DNA from: Candidatus Bathyarchaeota archaeon
GTDB lineage: Archaea > Thermoproteota > Bathyarchaeia > Bathyarchaeales > Bathycorpusculaceae
NCBI GenBank assembly: GCA_963715865.1
Contig: OY970280.1
Coordinates: forward strand, 1,184,001 to 1,248,000
Direction of reading: 5' to 3'
Length of the DNA: 64,000 bases
The notes beneath the pieces were generated by a model. It did no database searches and was not told where the DNA came from. It worked only from the letters and a program-made list of their open reading frames with translations. Shown here piece by piece: positions 1 to 9,637 of this stretch. Within the stretch, counting starts at the first letter, position 1; the number at the start of each line of letters is the position of its first letter. The translations under genes and the position numbers were made by a program.

Positions 1-89
1 GAATTAGCGGAGTTAACTGGTGTCAAATGCGTTTTTATTTCTAATTTGATGATTGCTAAATTGGTTGATGAAAAAATCAAACAGCTGCT

Positions 90-644
90 TTAGATGCGGA
101 TGTTTCTCAAGTACTTATTCCACAGATATGATGCTGCATAACCAGCCACTGCGCCGGTAACTGGACCCATGAATAATACAAGCGCATCAAGCATAGTGCT
201 TCTTTGAACAAATAAACCGACGCCTGGAAACTCTTTCGCTAAAGGAACGAACTGCGGAAAAAGAGCAAATGCTGAGTAGCTTATTATTCCAATCAACATT
301 GTGCTAAAAGCCATCGCAGCCATCAGCCTGTTACGGTTTACGCCTTGGGGGGAAGCAGTGATTCTGAAAATAAACAAGAAGCCGTCGACTAAAACTCCGA
401 AGAGAAAAGCAAACAAAAAAGTAAATGGACCCAAAGCAGGACTTCCCAGCGCTGTTAAGAGACCTCCAACTGCACCCACATAGGTAGCGCCTAGTTTTCT
501 GATGAATAATCCGCTCAAAGCAAGAAGAACAGCTTGGACCACGATTAGGAGGTAGTTTATTGGGGGCGGCAAAAAAACGTTTACCACAAAGATTATTGAG
601 CCGAAGAGCGCCGTTATGAATAATCGTTTAGCCTTCTGCGTCAT
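90..644 (-). CDS. Multi-pass membrane protein, ECF S-component-like
   Basis: 184 aa, about 5-6 hydrophobic helices, 'KLGATYVGAVGGLL' segment resembling ECF S components; divergent from the HTH-PRTase gene. Confidence 0.55.
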   Translation of the reverse strand: MTQKAKRLFITALFGSIIFVVNVFLPPPINYLLIVVQAVLLALSGLFIRKLGATYVGAVGGLLTALGSPALGPFTFLFAFLFGVLVDGFLFIFRITASPQGVNRNRLMAAMAFSTMLIGIISYSAFALFPQFVPLAKEFPGVGLFVQRSTMLDALVLFMGPVTGAVAGYAASYLWNKYLRNIRI

Positions 645-852
645 ATACCCCCTTTTGATATTAGCAGTTCACGTTACCATCTAAAAAAGTTTTAATGGGG
701 ATAGGGGTAAAATGGTTGAGCAAACATCTTGCAATGTTTCTCGCACTACATTCATTTGCTTTTTAACGGAAGATATAAATTGGCAAGCTACAATAATAAT
801 TAAATGTTATAATATTTGACGCATAAATGTATAAAAGGGAGCAAAGGGAAAA

Positions 853-1605
853 TTGAGCACTCACGCAGAAGATTTGAAACTTCGCTTAATGACAATCGAG
901 CTGTTAAGAACAGCGAAATATAAGCGAAATATTACTTACCGCGAACTAGCCTCAAAAACAGGCTTACCAGTCACCGTTTTAAGCCGCTACGCAAAAGGAC
1001 ATGTGCTACCAAACACTACAAGAGCCAAGCAACTGTGGCGAGTGCTGACCAAGATTGTTGGTTTAGAAGCAGAATTGCGTAGCAGAATAAAATTTGACGA
1101 AATCGGCTATTTTGACAATACCGAAATTGTAGGTGACTATAACATTCTTTCGCAAGCTGCAAATCACGCACTTGCAAATTTTGCTGGAAAACGAGTTACA
1201 AAAGTCTTAACCGCAGCCGTTGATGGGATTCCCTTAGCTACCATGGTTGCTAACGCATTGGGAGTTAACCTTATTGTGGCGAAGCGGAACAAGGAAGTCG
1301 GCGTTAAAGCCTTCCTTGACGAAACATACATTTTAGGGAGAGATTCAGGCGTAACCGTTACACTCTACATTCCCAAAGAAGCCATCAAGAAACGCGACAG
1401 CGTACTAATCGTAGATGACATGATTAAAAGCGGCGAAACACAGGAAGCGCTCGTAACCCTTGTAAAGAAGTCGAAAGCTGAAGTTTCAGGCATTTTCTCG
1501 CTTATCGCTGTCGGAGAGGAATGGAAGAAACGATTGAAATCAGGTGAAGACTCTCCAGTTGAAGTTGTCACTTACCTGAAATCGCCCTTTGACAACGCAA
1601 CATAA
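853..1605 (+). CDS. HTH + phosphoribosyltransferase-fold protein (PurR-like regulator architecture)
   Basis: N-terminal HTH 'ITYRELASKTGLPVTVLSRY'; PRPP-binding motif 'VLIVDDMIKSGET'; TTG start. Confidence 0.85.
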   Translation: MSTHAEDLKLRLMTIELLRTAKYKRNITYRELASKTGLPVTVLSRYAKGHVLPNTTRAKQLWRVLTKIVGLEAELRSRIKFDEIGYFDNTEIVGDYNILSQAANHALANFAGKRVTKVLTAAVDGIPLATMVANALGVNLIVAKRNKEVGVKAFLDETYILGRDSGVTVTLYIPKEAIKKRDSVLIVDDMIKSGETQEALVTLVKKSKAEVSGIFSLIAVGEEWKKRLKSGEDSPVEVVTYLKSPFDNAT

Positions 1606-1657
1606 GCACAAGCTTAGGCTAACATTTTTCTTTCCAATTCCATTTAACCATTAGGAA

Positions 1658-2050
1658 GTGAAAATGTTGAAGATAGGTCATATAACTCTCCTCGTCAAAG
1701 ACCAAGATGAAGCAGCAAAATTTTACGTGGAAAAACTTGGATTCCAAAAACGACAAGACACTGTCTTTTGGGAGAATATGCGGTGGGTTACTGTTTCATC
1801 AAAAGACCAACCGGACCTTGAGTTAACATTTGTCAAAGCAGACAGCGAAAACAAGCTTAAAGCGTTGGGAAAGCAGGCAGGAGACCATGTCTTTCTCACT
1901 TTAGAAACAGATGATTGCCGCAGAGACTACAATGCAATGAAGGCTAAAGGAGTGAAATTCTATGGAGAGCCAACGGAGCAGGCTTGGGGGATTGAGGTTG
2001 TTTTTGAGGACCTTTACGGCAACCTATTCGACTTAGTGCAAAGGTTTTAA
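1658..2050 (+). CDS. VOC/glyoxalase family protein
   Basis: 'IGHITLLVKDQDEAAKFY', 'WG..VVFEDLYGNLFDL' VOC pattern. Confidence 0.85.
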   Translation: MKMLKIGHITLLVKDQDEAAKFYVEKLGFQKRQDTVFWENMRWVTVSSKDQPDLELTFVKADSENKLKALGKQAGDHVFLTLETDDCRRDYNAMKAKGVKFYGEPTEQAWGIEVVFEDLYGNLFDLVQRF

Positions 2051-2128
2051 GCAATAGTTATCGAAAATCTTTAACAGAACCCTTCCTAACTAAGCATTAT
2101 AACAATCGTATTTGGGGGTACATGAAAA

Positions 2129-3160
2129 ATGCGGATGATACAGTGGCAAAACGGAACAGTCATTACTCCAGACCAGACTAAACTGCCCCTTCAAGAAGTC
2201 ACATTAGAAATTAAAACAGTTGAGCAAATGGCTGAAGCCATAAAAACCCTGCGTGTTCGAGGCGCTCCATTGCTGGGCGCGGCTGCAGCGTTCGGCATTG
2301 CATTGGCAGCTTACCATTCAAAAGCACATAGTAAAGAAAAATTGTTGGTTGAGCTGGAGGATGCAGGCGCAATTATCAAACGCCAGCGCCCAACAGCCGT
2401 GAACCTTTTTTGGGGCGTAGACCGAGTCTTAAACAAAGCACGAAGCTTTTCAGGAAACATTGAAGAACTGAAAGCAGCAGTCATCGAAGAAGCACAAAAA
2501 ATAGCAGATGAAGATGCACAGCAGAACCATGCAATCGGCAAAAACGGCGCAGTACTCATCAAGGACGGAGACACCATTTTGACCCATTGCAACGCGGGCG
2601 AGTTGGCGACTGTTGAGTATGGCACCGCGTTGGGTGTTATTCGTGCGGCTTGGGAGCAAGGCAAAAAAATTAAAGTTATCGTTGATGAAACGCGGCCACT
2701 GTTGCAGGGTGCTAGGCTTACGGCTTATGAGCTTAAGCGTGATGGGATACCTGTTACTTTGATAACGGATAACATGGCAGGTTACGTCATGAGCAAGGGT
2801 CTTGTTAACAAGGTTATTGTTGGCGCCGACCGCATTGTTCAGGACGCTGTGGTTAACAAGATTGGCACTTTTTCGGTGGCAGTGTTAGCGCATGAGCATG
2901 GCATACCGTTTTATGTTGCTGCGCCAAAATCCACCTTCGACTTGGCACACAAAGCGTCTGACGTGATTATTGAGGAGCGCAAACCTGAGGAAGTCACGCA
3001 TATCGGTTCTCACCAAATCGCTCCGGAAGGCGTCAACGTTATGAACCCAGCCTTCGACATTACGCCGCTTAAATATGTGTCAGCGATTATATGCGAGAGC
3101 CAAGTGTACTATAGCAAAGATTTTGGCAAGTTCAAGGATGAAGGAAAAAGAGCAAAATGA
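2129..3160 (+). CDS. mtnA: S-methyl-5-thioribose-1-phosphate isomerase (eIF-2B alpha-like family)
   Basis: 'VRGAP', 'RPTAVNL', 'LTHCNAG', 'ETRPLLQGARLTAYEL', 'VGADRI', 'NKIGT' motifs. Confidence 0.85.
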   Translation: MRMIQWQNGTVITPDQTKLPLQEVTLEIKTVEQMAEAIKTLRVRGAPLLGAAAAFGIALAAYHSKAHSKEKLLVELEDAGAIIKRQRPTAVNLFWGVDRVLNKARSFSGNIEELKAAVIEEAQKIADEDAQQNHAIGKNGAVLIKDGDTILTHCNAGELATVEYGTALGVIRAAWEQGKKIKVIVDETRPLLQGARLTAYELKRDGIPVTLITDNMAGYVMSKGLVNKVIVGADRIVQDAVVNKIGTFSVAVLAHEHGIPFYVAAPKSTFDLAHKASDVIIEERKPEEVTHIGSHQIAPEGVNVMNPAFDITPLKYVSAIICESQVYYSKDFGKFKDEGKRAK

Positions 3161-3708
3161 GCGAAACCAAAAAAACTCAGCCCCCAGAATTCAGAACAAG
3201 CGGCACGCTTGCAAAAAAAGGCGTTATAGTAGCTGAGAAAAGCAGCATCGACGCGCTCTCTTCCCGCGGATACGGCACGTTAGAAAATGAGGTTTTCACG
3301 CTTAACTTCTATGAGGCACTGTACCTTGTCGATAAGGGAATGCTTGAAGTCAAAGATGAAAAAGGCAAAGCAGTGGATTTCCAAAGCCTTCTCCACTGTT
3401 ACGAGGCGGTTAATGAGAATGCATGGGTTAGCTATCTGGTTTACCGTGACCTAAGAAGCCGAGGTTACGTTGCACGAGAAGGGTTCGGTGCTGGAATTGA
3501 CTTTCGCGTTTATGAACGAGGGGCGTACGGCAAGGACACTGCGCCTTACTTGGTTTTAAGCACTCAAGAAGGAAAACCATTAAGCATAGATGAATTAGCT
3601 AGCGCATTACAGCAGTGTCAGAGCCAAAAGAAGGAGTTAATCTTGGCAGTTATGAATCGCCGAGGCGAAATTGTTTACTATTCAGTCTCGCAATTAACGT
3701 TCAAATAA
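3157..3708 (+). CDS. endA: tRNA splicing endonuclease subunit, probably structural (non-catalytic)
   Basis: 'YLVYRDLRSRGY..REGFGAGIDFRVYERG', 'LILAVMNRRGEIVYY'; catalytic Tyr and His positions read Ala and Thr; ATGA overlap with mtnA. Confidence 0.85.
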   Translation: MSETKKTQPPEFRTSGTLAKKGVIVAEKSSIDALSSRGYGTLENEVFTLNFYEALYLVDKGMLEVKDEKGKAVDFQSLLHCYEAVNENAWVSYLVYRDLRSRGYVAREGFGAGIDFRVYERGAYGKDTAPYLVLSTQEGKPLSIDELASALQQCQSQKKELILAVMNRRGEIVYYSVSQLTFK

Positions 3709-3721
3709 GCCCCGTGGAAGC

Positions 3722-4525
3722 ATGGCAAACTCAAACAGTTATAATTGGAACGCTCAAGATTACGCCAAAAACTCCGCAAACCAGTTCCAATGGGCAAAAG
3801 AGCTTATTCCAAAACTAAAACTCCATGAAAACGAAGCATTACTCGACATCGGCTGCGGCGACGGAAAAATCACAGCAGAACTGGCAAACTGCCTACCACG
3901 CGGCAGAGCAGTCGGCATCGACAGCTCTAGTGAAATGATAAATTTGGCACAAAAAACTTTTCCAAGCAAGGATTATCCGAACCTTTCTTTTCAATTAATG
4001 GATGCTCGTAAGCTGATTTTCCAATCGGAATTTGACAGGATATTTTCTAACGCTGCACTACATTGGATTGTTGACCAAAAAGCTGTTCTGAGCGGTGTTC
4101 AAAGAAGCTTAAAAGCTAAAGGGCGGCTCTTGTTTCAGATGGCTGGAAAAGGCAACGCCAAAGATATACTCAGTCTTATAGATGAACTGTCAGTTGTGAA
4201 ACCTTGGAAACAGTTTTTCACCAACTTCACATTTCCTTATGGCTTCTACGACCCAGAAGAGTACAAATCGTTCTTGTATGAAGCAGGTTTGGTGCCTGAA
4301 CGACTTGAACTGTTCCCTAAAGACATGAAGCTTAATGGAGCGGAAGGGTTGGCTGGGTGGATACGGACAACGTGGTTGCCTTTTACTGAAAAGACGCCAG
4401 TTGAACTTAGGGCAAAATTCGTTGAAGAGATCGTTAACCGCTACGTTGAAGAGCACCCTGTTGATGGCGCTGGCATGGTTCATGTTGGAATGATGCGGTT
4501 AGAAGTAGAAGCATACAAGTCGTGA
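3722..4525 (+). CDS. Class I SAM-dependent methyltransferase (Tam-like)
   Basis: 'LLDIGCGDG', 'FDRIFSNAALHW'. Confidence 0.85.
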   Translation: MANSNSYNWNAQDYAKNSANQFQWAKELIPKLKLHENEALLDIGCGDGKITAELANCLPRGRAVGIDSSSEMINLAQKTFPSKDYPNLSFQLMDARKLIFQSEFDRIFSNAALHWIVDQKAVLSGVQRSLKAKGRLLFQMAGKGNAKDILSLIDELSVVKPWKQFFTNFTFPYGFYDPEEYKSFLYEAGLVPERLELFPKDMKLNGAEGLAGWIRTTWLPFTEKTPVELRAKFVEEIVNRYVEEHPVDGAGMVHVGMMRLEVEAYKS

Positions 4526-4592
4526 GCGAGAGTTTAAAAGATAAATTATACCTTCTTAATTGCAAAGCTTAACAGACAAAGGAGAGAACAAC

Positions 4593-5867
4593 ATGCCCAC
4601 TTTCCAAACCGTTCGTGGAATGAGAGACCTACTCGATGAGGAAGCGGAAACCTTAACTTACATTATCAGTAAGGCTCGTGAAATAGCGGTGCTTTACGGT
4701 TATAAGGAAGTTATTACGCCTGTAGTGGAGCCATTTGAACTATTAAGTGCTAAATCTGGGGAAGAGATTCGCCAGCGCATGTTCATTTTCAAAGACCTCG
4801 GCGACCGCAACGTGGCTTTACGTCCAGAATTCACCGCCTCAATCGCAAGGTTAGCTACAACAGCCCTGAAAAACGAGCCTAAACCGTTAAGGCTGTTTTC
4901 TGTAGGCAGTGTTTACCGTTATGATGAACCCCAACGCGGGCGCTACAGAGAGTTTTGGCAGTCAAACTTTGAGTTATTGGGCTCTAGCAGGCCAGAGGCA
5001 GATGCAGAAATAGTCTTGTTAACAAATAGTTTATTGAAAACGTTGGGTTTGCAGGGTTATGCCTTCAAAATAGGCCATATAGGCGTAGTACGGGGCATTC
5101 TCAGCCAAGAAAACGTTGACGAGAAAACTCAGAACGCGGTTCTTCAGCGCATGGACAAGAAAGAGTACGAGGAAGCATTCAAGCTTGTGCAATCGGATAA
5201 GTGCAAAAGCATGCTTGAAGGACTGCTACAGCTTAAAGGCAAGGATTGGCGTGAAACAGTTGAAAAAATAAAGGTTTACGTGGCTGGTTACGAGAAAGCT
5301 AAAGCTGCCGCAGAAAACCTCCAAGACGTGCTTAAGCTTATAGTTGAAAGCGGGTGCCCTGTTGAAGCTGTAGAGCCAGCATTCGCCCGAGGCTTGGAAT
5401 ATTACACGGGAATGATTTTTGAAGTGTATATTCCACAGTTAGACATTGCCTTAGGGGGCGGAGGCAGATACGATAGGCTTATTGAAGTATTTGGCGGTGA
5501 ACCAACACCTGCAGTGGGCGTCGCACACGGGATTGATCGGATTGCGCTTGCGATGCAAATGCAGAAAACAGTTCTTGCGACTAAACGTGGAAAAAGAGTT
5601 CTTGTGCTTTCGGTGAATGATTCGTTAAAGGTTGAGGCGTTAAAAATTGCTCAGATGCTCAGAGATGCTGGGATTATTGTGGAGTTTGAGGTTATGGGTC
5701 GGAAGATGGCTAAGGCATTGGAGGATGCTGACAAGCGGAAAGTTGATTATGCAGTGATTGTTGGCGAACGCGAGTTGAAGGAAGGCGCTGTGGTGCTTAG
5801 GAATTTAGCGAAGCGTGAGCAAACTATCGTTGTGATTAAAGAGTTAGTTGAGAAGATTAAGAGTTAA
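4593..5867 (+). CDS. hisS: Histidine--tRNA ligase
   Basis: 'RGMRD', 'LRPEFTA', 'YRYDEPQRGRYREFWQ', 'RGLEYYTG', 'GGGRYD'; ATG 4593 chosen after GGAG at 4581. Confidence 0.95.
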   Translation: MPTFQTVRGMRDLLDEEAETLTYIISKAREIAVLYGYKEVITPVVEPFELLSAKSGEEIRQRMFIFKDLGDRNVALRPEFTASIARLATTALKNEPKPLRLFSVGSVYRYDEPQRGRYREFWQSNFELLGSSRPEADAEIVLLTNSLLKTLGLQGYAFKIGHIGVVRGILSQENVDEKTQNAVLQRMDKKEYEEAFKLVQSDKCKSMLEGLLQLKGKDWRETVEKIKVYVAGYEKAKAAAENLQDVLKLIVESGCPVEAVEPAFARGLEYYTGMIFEVYIPQLDIALGGGGRYDRLIEVFGGEPTPAVGVAHGIDRIALAMQMQKTVLATKRGKRVLVLSVNDSLKVEALKIAQMLRDAGIIVEFEVMGRKMAKALEDADKRKVDYAVIVGERELKEGAVVLRNLAKREQTIVVIKELVEKIKS

Positions 5868-5901
5868 AAAACAAGAAAGGATGGTAAGCCTACTCTTAGG
5901 C

Positions 5902-7266
5902 TTAGAGTCGTTTGATGTAGCGGTTGACTTCCCACTCCGTTACTTGCGTGCGGTATAGGTCCCATTCTTTGCGTTTTTCACGTAGGAAGTTTTCGAATGC
6001 AGTCTCGCCGAGTGTTTCACGCATTAAATCGCTGGTTTCCAGTTCATCAAGGGCTTCTTGTAGAGATTCTGGCAGGGAAACGATGTTTCGGGCTTTGCGT
6101 TCTTCGTACGTCATGTGGTAAACGTTTAATTCCACTGGATCGCCTGGATCAATCCTGTTCTTGATACCATCCAAACCAGTTGCTAGGAGCACTGCGAATT
6201 GCAGGTATGGGTTTCCTGCTCCATCTGGGCAGCGGATTTCGCATCTGGCAGCGTTTTTCCTGCCACCAAAGTTTGGCACACGGATGAGCGGTGAGCGGTT
6301 CTTGTGCGCCCAAGCAAGATATACTGGTGCTTCGTAGCCGGGAACTAATCGTTTGAAACTGTTTGGCCATGAATCAAGAATTGCACACATTTTGCGTCCG
6401 TGAGCTAGTTGTCCGCCGATGAAGTTTCTAGCTAAGTCTGATAAGTAACCGTTCTTTTCATCATCTGCGTAGAAGAGGTTTTGCGTTACAGTTTTGTTCC
6501 ATAGACTTTGGTGAGTATGCATTCCTGAACCATTTATGCCGGCGAATGGTTTAGGCATGTACGTGGTGACGTAACCGTTTCGTGCAGCGACTACTTTTCC
6601 GCACATTTTCATTGTTATTGTTCTGTCCGCGGTTTTTAGCGCTTCATCATACTTGAAATCGATTTCGTTTTGTCCTAAGGCAACTTCGTGGTGGGATATT
6701 TCTATTTCTATGCCGAAGGCTTCAGCCGTATCAGCTATTTCTCGTCTCAGGTCGTCGGTTAAGTCGCCAGGGTGAAAATCGAAGTAGCCTGCCATGTCTA
6801 TTGGTGTTGGCAAGCCTCCATTTTCGCCTTCTTTAACTATGAAGAATTCTAGTTCAGGAGCGCAAACGTACGTATAGCCTGCTTTGGCAGCTTTTTCGAT
6901 GACTCGTTCAAGAACGTATCGTGGGTCTCCTTCAAAGCGTTTATTCTGTGGAGTATAAATATCGCAGATAAGTCTGCAGGATGATTTTTCTTTTGGACGC
7001 CAAGGTAGAACTGCGAAGGTGGTTGGATCTGGGTATAGTACCATGTCTGATTCTTCGATAGGCCTGTAGCCAGTTATGGATGATCCGTCGAAAGGTTGGC
7101 CGTTTTCAAACACTGATTCAATGTTTTTTGAGCTTACAGCTAAATTCTTTAGCATGCCGTTTATGTCAGTGAATTGAAGTCTAATGAATTTAATCTCTTG
7201 TTCTTGTATTTGTTGAATTACTTTTGTTACATTTTCCTTCCATTTTGAATCTTTGAAATTTTTCAT
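5902..7266 (-). CDS. glnA: Glutamine synthetase type I (intact copy)
   Basis: 'FDGSSI', 'HHEVALGQNEIDF', 'NGSGMH', 'NRSPLIRVP', 'EIRCPD'. Confidence 0.95.
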   Translation of the reverse strand: MKNFKDSKWKENVTKVIQQIQEQEIKFIRLQFTDINGMLKNLAVSSKNIESVFENGQPFDGSSITGYRPIEESDMVLYPDPTTFAVLPWRPKEKSSCRLICDIYTPQNKRFEGDPRYVLERVIEKAAKAGYTYVCAPELEFFIVKEGENGGLPTPIDMAGYFDFHPGDLTDDLRREIADTAEAFGIEIEISHHEVALGQNEIDFKYDEALKTADRTITMKMCGKVVAARNGYVTTYMPKPFAGINGSGMHTHQSLWNKTVTQNLFYADDEKNGYLSDLARNFIGGQLAHGRKMCAILDSWPNSFKRLVPGYEAPVYLAWAHKNRSPLIRVPNFGGRKNAARCEIRCPDGAGNPYLQFAVLLATGLDGIKNRIDPGDPVELNVYHMTYEERKARNIVSLPESLQEALDELETSDLMRETLGETAFENFLREKRKEWDLYRTQVTEWEVNRYIKRL

Positions 7267-7322
7267 TTTTTATCTTTCACCTATTGTCAGCGTTTGATCT
7301 TATTGTTATTTGGATAATTAAG

Positions 7323-7340
7323 CATAAAAACGTATATAAG
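7323..7340 (-). promoter_or_regulatory. Putative TATA box region of glnA
   Basis: Minus strand CTTATATACGTTTTTATG about 60-70 nt upstream of the start; similar to the element upstream of the second glnA. Confidence 0.4.
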
Positions 7341-7541
7341 GTTTAGAAAACTGCATAATTATTCATAATTTTAAGTAAAAATTGAAAAATTGAACATGCA
7401 CAAGCTCTTTTGTTAACAAAATTTAAAGAATATGAATCTTTAATGAAAAATTGAAATTAAAAAAATTTAGTGCAAGATTGAGGTTTACTCAAATTCTTGC
7501 CAGATTTTAAGGTTTTACGGTAATTTGCTTTGTTGCTTGTT

Positions 7542-9002
7542 TTAGTAGTCTAAGTATTTCATTATTTCCCAAGGCGAAACGTACAGGCAGTATTGGTTCC
7601 AATCGTTTGTTTTCAGTTCAATGAACGCGTCGAAAACATGGCTGCCGAGGGTTTCTTTTATGACGTCGTCGCTCTTCATCTCTTCTAGGGCATCCTTTAA
7701 GTGTGGTTGGCAGTTCTTTTATGCCTAGCTCCTTGCGTTTAGCAGCAGATAATTTGTACACATCTTCGTCAACTGGATCGCCCGGTTCAATCTTCTTTTT
7801 TATTCCCTCAAGGCCAGCCATCATTATGCAGGAGAATGCCAGATACGAGTTGCAGGATGGGTCAACGCCTCGGTATTCAACACGTTTCTGTGCTGCATGT
7901 GAAGGACCTTTATAGTACATGGGAATGCGTGCAAGTGCAGACCTATTGCTCTGGACCACATGACGTATATTGGAGCTTCGAAGCCTGGAACGAGGCGTTT
8001 GTAGCTGCTTACGGTTGGGCAGCAGACCGCGGTTAGGGCTTTGGCGTGGGCGAGAATGCCTCCGACGTAGTACCTGCCGATTTGGCTGAGTTCTGCGTAG
8101 TCATCTTCTCCGTCATACATGGCGTTTTTGCCGTCTTTCCACAATGAGGAGTGGACGTGCATTCCGCTTGCGTTATCAAGGTAGATGGGTTTAGGCATGA
8201 ATGTGGCGATTAAACCGTGTTTTTTTGCGATGTTTTTGGCGACAAACTTGTAGTAGATCGCTCTGTCGGCTGTGTCTAGGAGTTCTCCGTATTTGTAGTC
8301 GATTTCTACTTGACCGACTGTGGCTACCTCATGGTGATGTTTCTCAATTGTTAAGCCGAAGTTGTCTTCCAGTACTTGTGAGACTTCATTTCTGTATGAG
8401 ACGGTGGTATCTTCGGGCGGGCTTCGGTAGTAGGCTTCTTTGGGTCTCAGAATGAAACCACCGTTGTTAATTTCTTCGGAATTAGGCACAACACGTGGCG
8501 CACCCCATGAATCTCCTTCACCGCCTTTCGGGCTAACCCATAGGTCCCAAGTTAACTTAGTCGGGTCGATTGAGGAGAAGACAAAGTGTTCAAGTTCAGG
8601 AGCGAAAATTCCAGTGTATCCCATGTCCTTAGCTGCTTTTACAGCTCTTTTCGCTACGTAGCCTCTTGGGCAGGCAACAGAAGGCTCTTTGCCGCCGAAA
8701 GCTTCCAAGGCATCGCCGAGTATGATTGCGCTTTTTTGTAGTTCATCAGTTACCCACGGCATGATGGCGAGTGTTTTTGCGTCCGGCATGAAAATCATGT
8801 CTGATTCTTCGATTGATTTGAAGCCGCGCACTGAGGATCCGTCGAAGCCTATGCCTTCTGTAAAGGCTGCGCCGCTTAGATATTCTCTGGCTGGGAGAAC
8901 CATGTCTTGGAGTATGCCTCTAACATCGACAAATGCTGAATGCACCCATCGAATATTATTTGCTTTGAGGGTTTCAATTGCTTTCTTTATTTGTTCATCC
9001 AT
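7542..9002 (-). pseudogene. glnA: Second glutamine synthetase type I, interrupted by two compensating single-base indels
   Basis: Continuous GS similarity from MDEQIKK (9002) to ...EIMKYLDY* (7542). One base is missing at 7946-7947 (GCA AAT reads GCAAT) and one is extra at 7696-7698 (CTT AAG reads CTTAAAG). Total span is a multiple of 3; out-of-frame stop at 7824. Confidence 0.85.
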
Positions 9003-9046
9003 GACTTTCACCATATTAAATCATATGTTTTGGAATTCACTTAAAA

Positions 9047-9062
9047 CATAAACATATATAAG
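9047..9062 (-). promoter_or_regulatory. Putative TATA box region of the second glnA
   Basis: Minus strand CTTATATATGTTTATG about 45-60 nt upstream of ATG 9002. Confidence 0.4.
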
Positions 9063-9163
9063 CTTATCCCTAAAATGTTTGAATAAACGTTCACTAAAAA
9101 AGGCGAAATGCTAAGTCAAATTAAAGCGGTTAAAGCAAAAGAATGGTTAATTACAATTTTAGG

Positions 9164-9637
9164 CTAAAACTTACTTTTCGTTTCTCTACGCAAAAAATCC
9201 CCAACATCTAGTATGTTCTTAACCGCAACCTTACCCTCAGACCCATCTATGCCATCCATTATCTTGCCGAAACCAAGGCACTCACCGAACTCATTAAGCA
9301 CCAAAGTGGCATCACCCTTCCGCTTTGACCCCATTACCTTCAATATTCCTGTTCGAAAAACGTCTCTTCCGCAGATGAAAAGCCAAGCTACCTTCCTGTC
9401 AACCACCACCTTGTTCGCTGCCACATTCACAAGCATGTTTAACAGGTTGAAGCTTGGAAAGAAAATGCCATTCTTCACCTTGCCAAGATACAAACCAGCA
9501 TAGTAAAAGTCGCCTTGCAGCATGCTTTTCAGGCGAGGGTTCAAGAGATAATAACGTTGACCCTTTTCAATGACGAATTCTGGATTAAAGCTGATTTTGC
9601 TGCCGAAACGAGATGCAAAGACTTCAATCGGCTTCAT
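9164..9637 (-). CDS. NIP7-like PUA-domain ribosome biogenesis protein
   Basis: 'AWLFICGRDVF', 'VLNEFGECLGFG', 'KNILDVGDFLRRE'; TAATG coupling with the upstream methyltransferase sets the start at 9637. Confidence 0.75.
   Translation of the reverse strand: MKPIEVFASRFGSKISFNPEFVIEKGQRYYLLNPRLKSMLQGDFYYAGLYLGKVKNGIFFPSFNLLNMLVNVAANKVVVDRKVAWLFICGRDVFRTGILKVMGSKRKGDATLVLNEFGECLGFGKIMDGIDGSEGKVAVKNILDVGDFLRRETKSKF

Noticed and set aside
7267-7541. NrpR-type GGAA-N6-TTCC operators upstream of the glnA genes
   Set aside because: Not found by eye in either upstream region; only TATA-like AT-rich similarity.
7696-7947. Programmed ribosomal frameshifting in the second glnA
   Set aside because: It would need two opposite shifts, and no slippery heptamer or stimulatory structure is evident.
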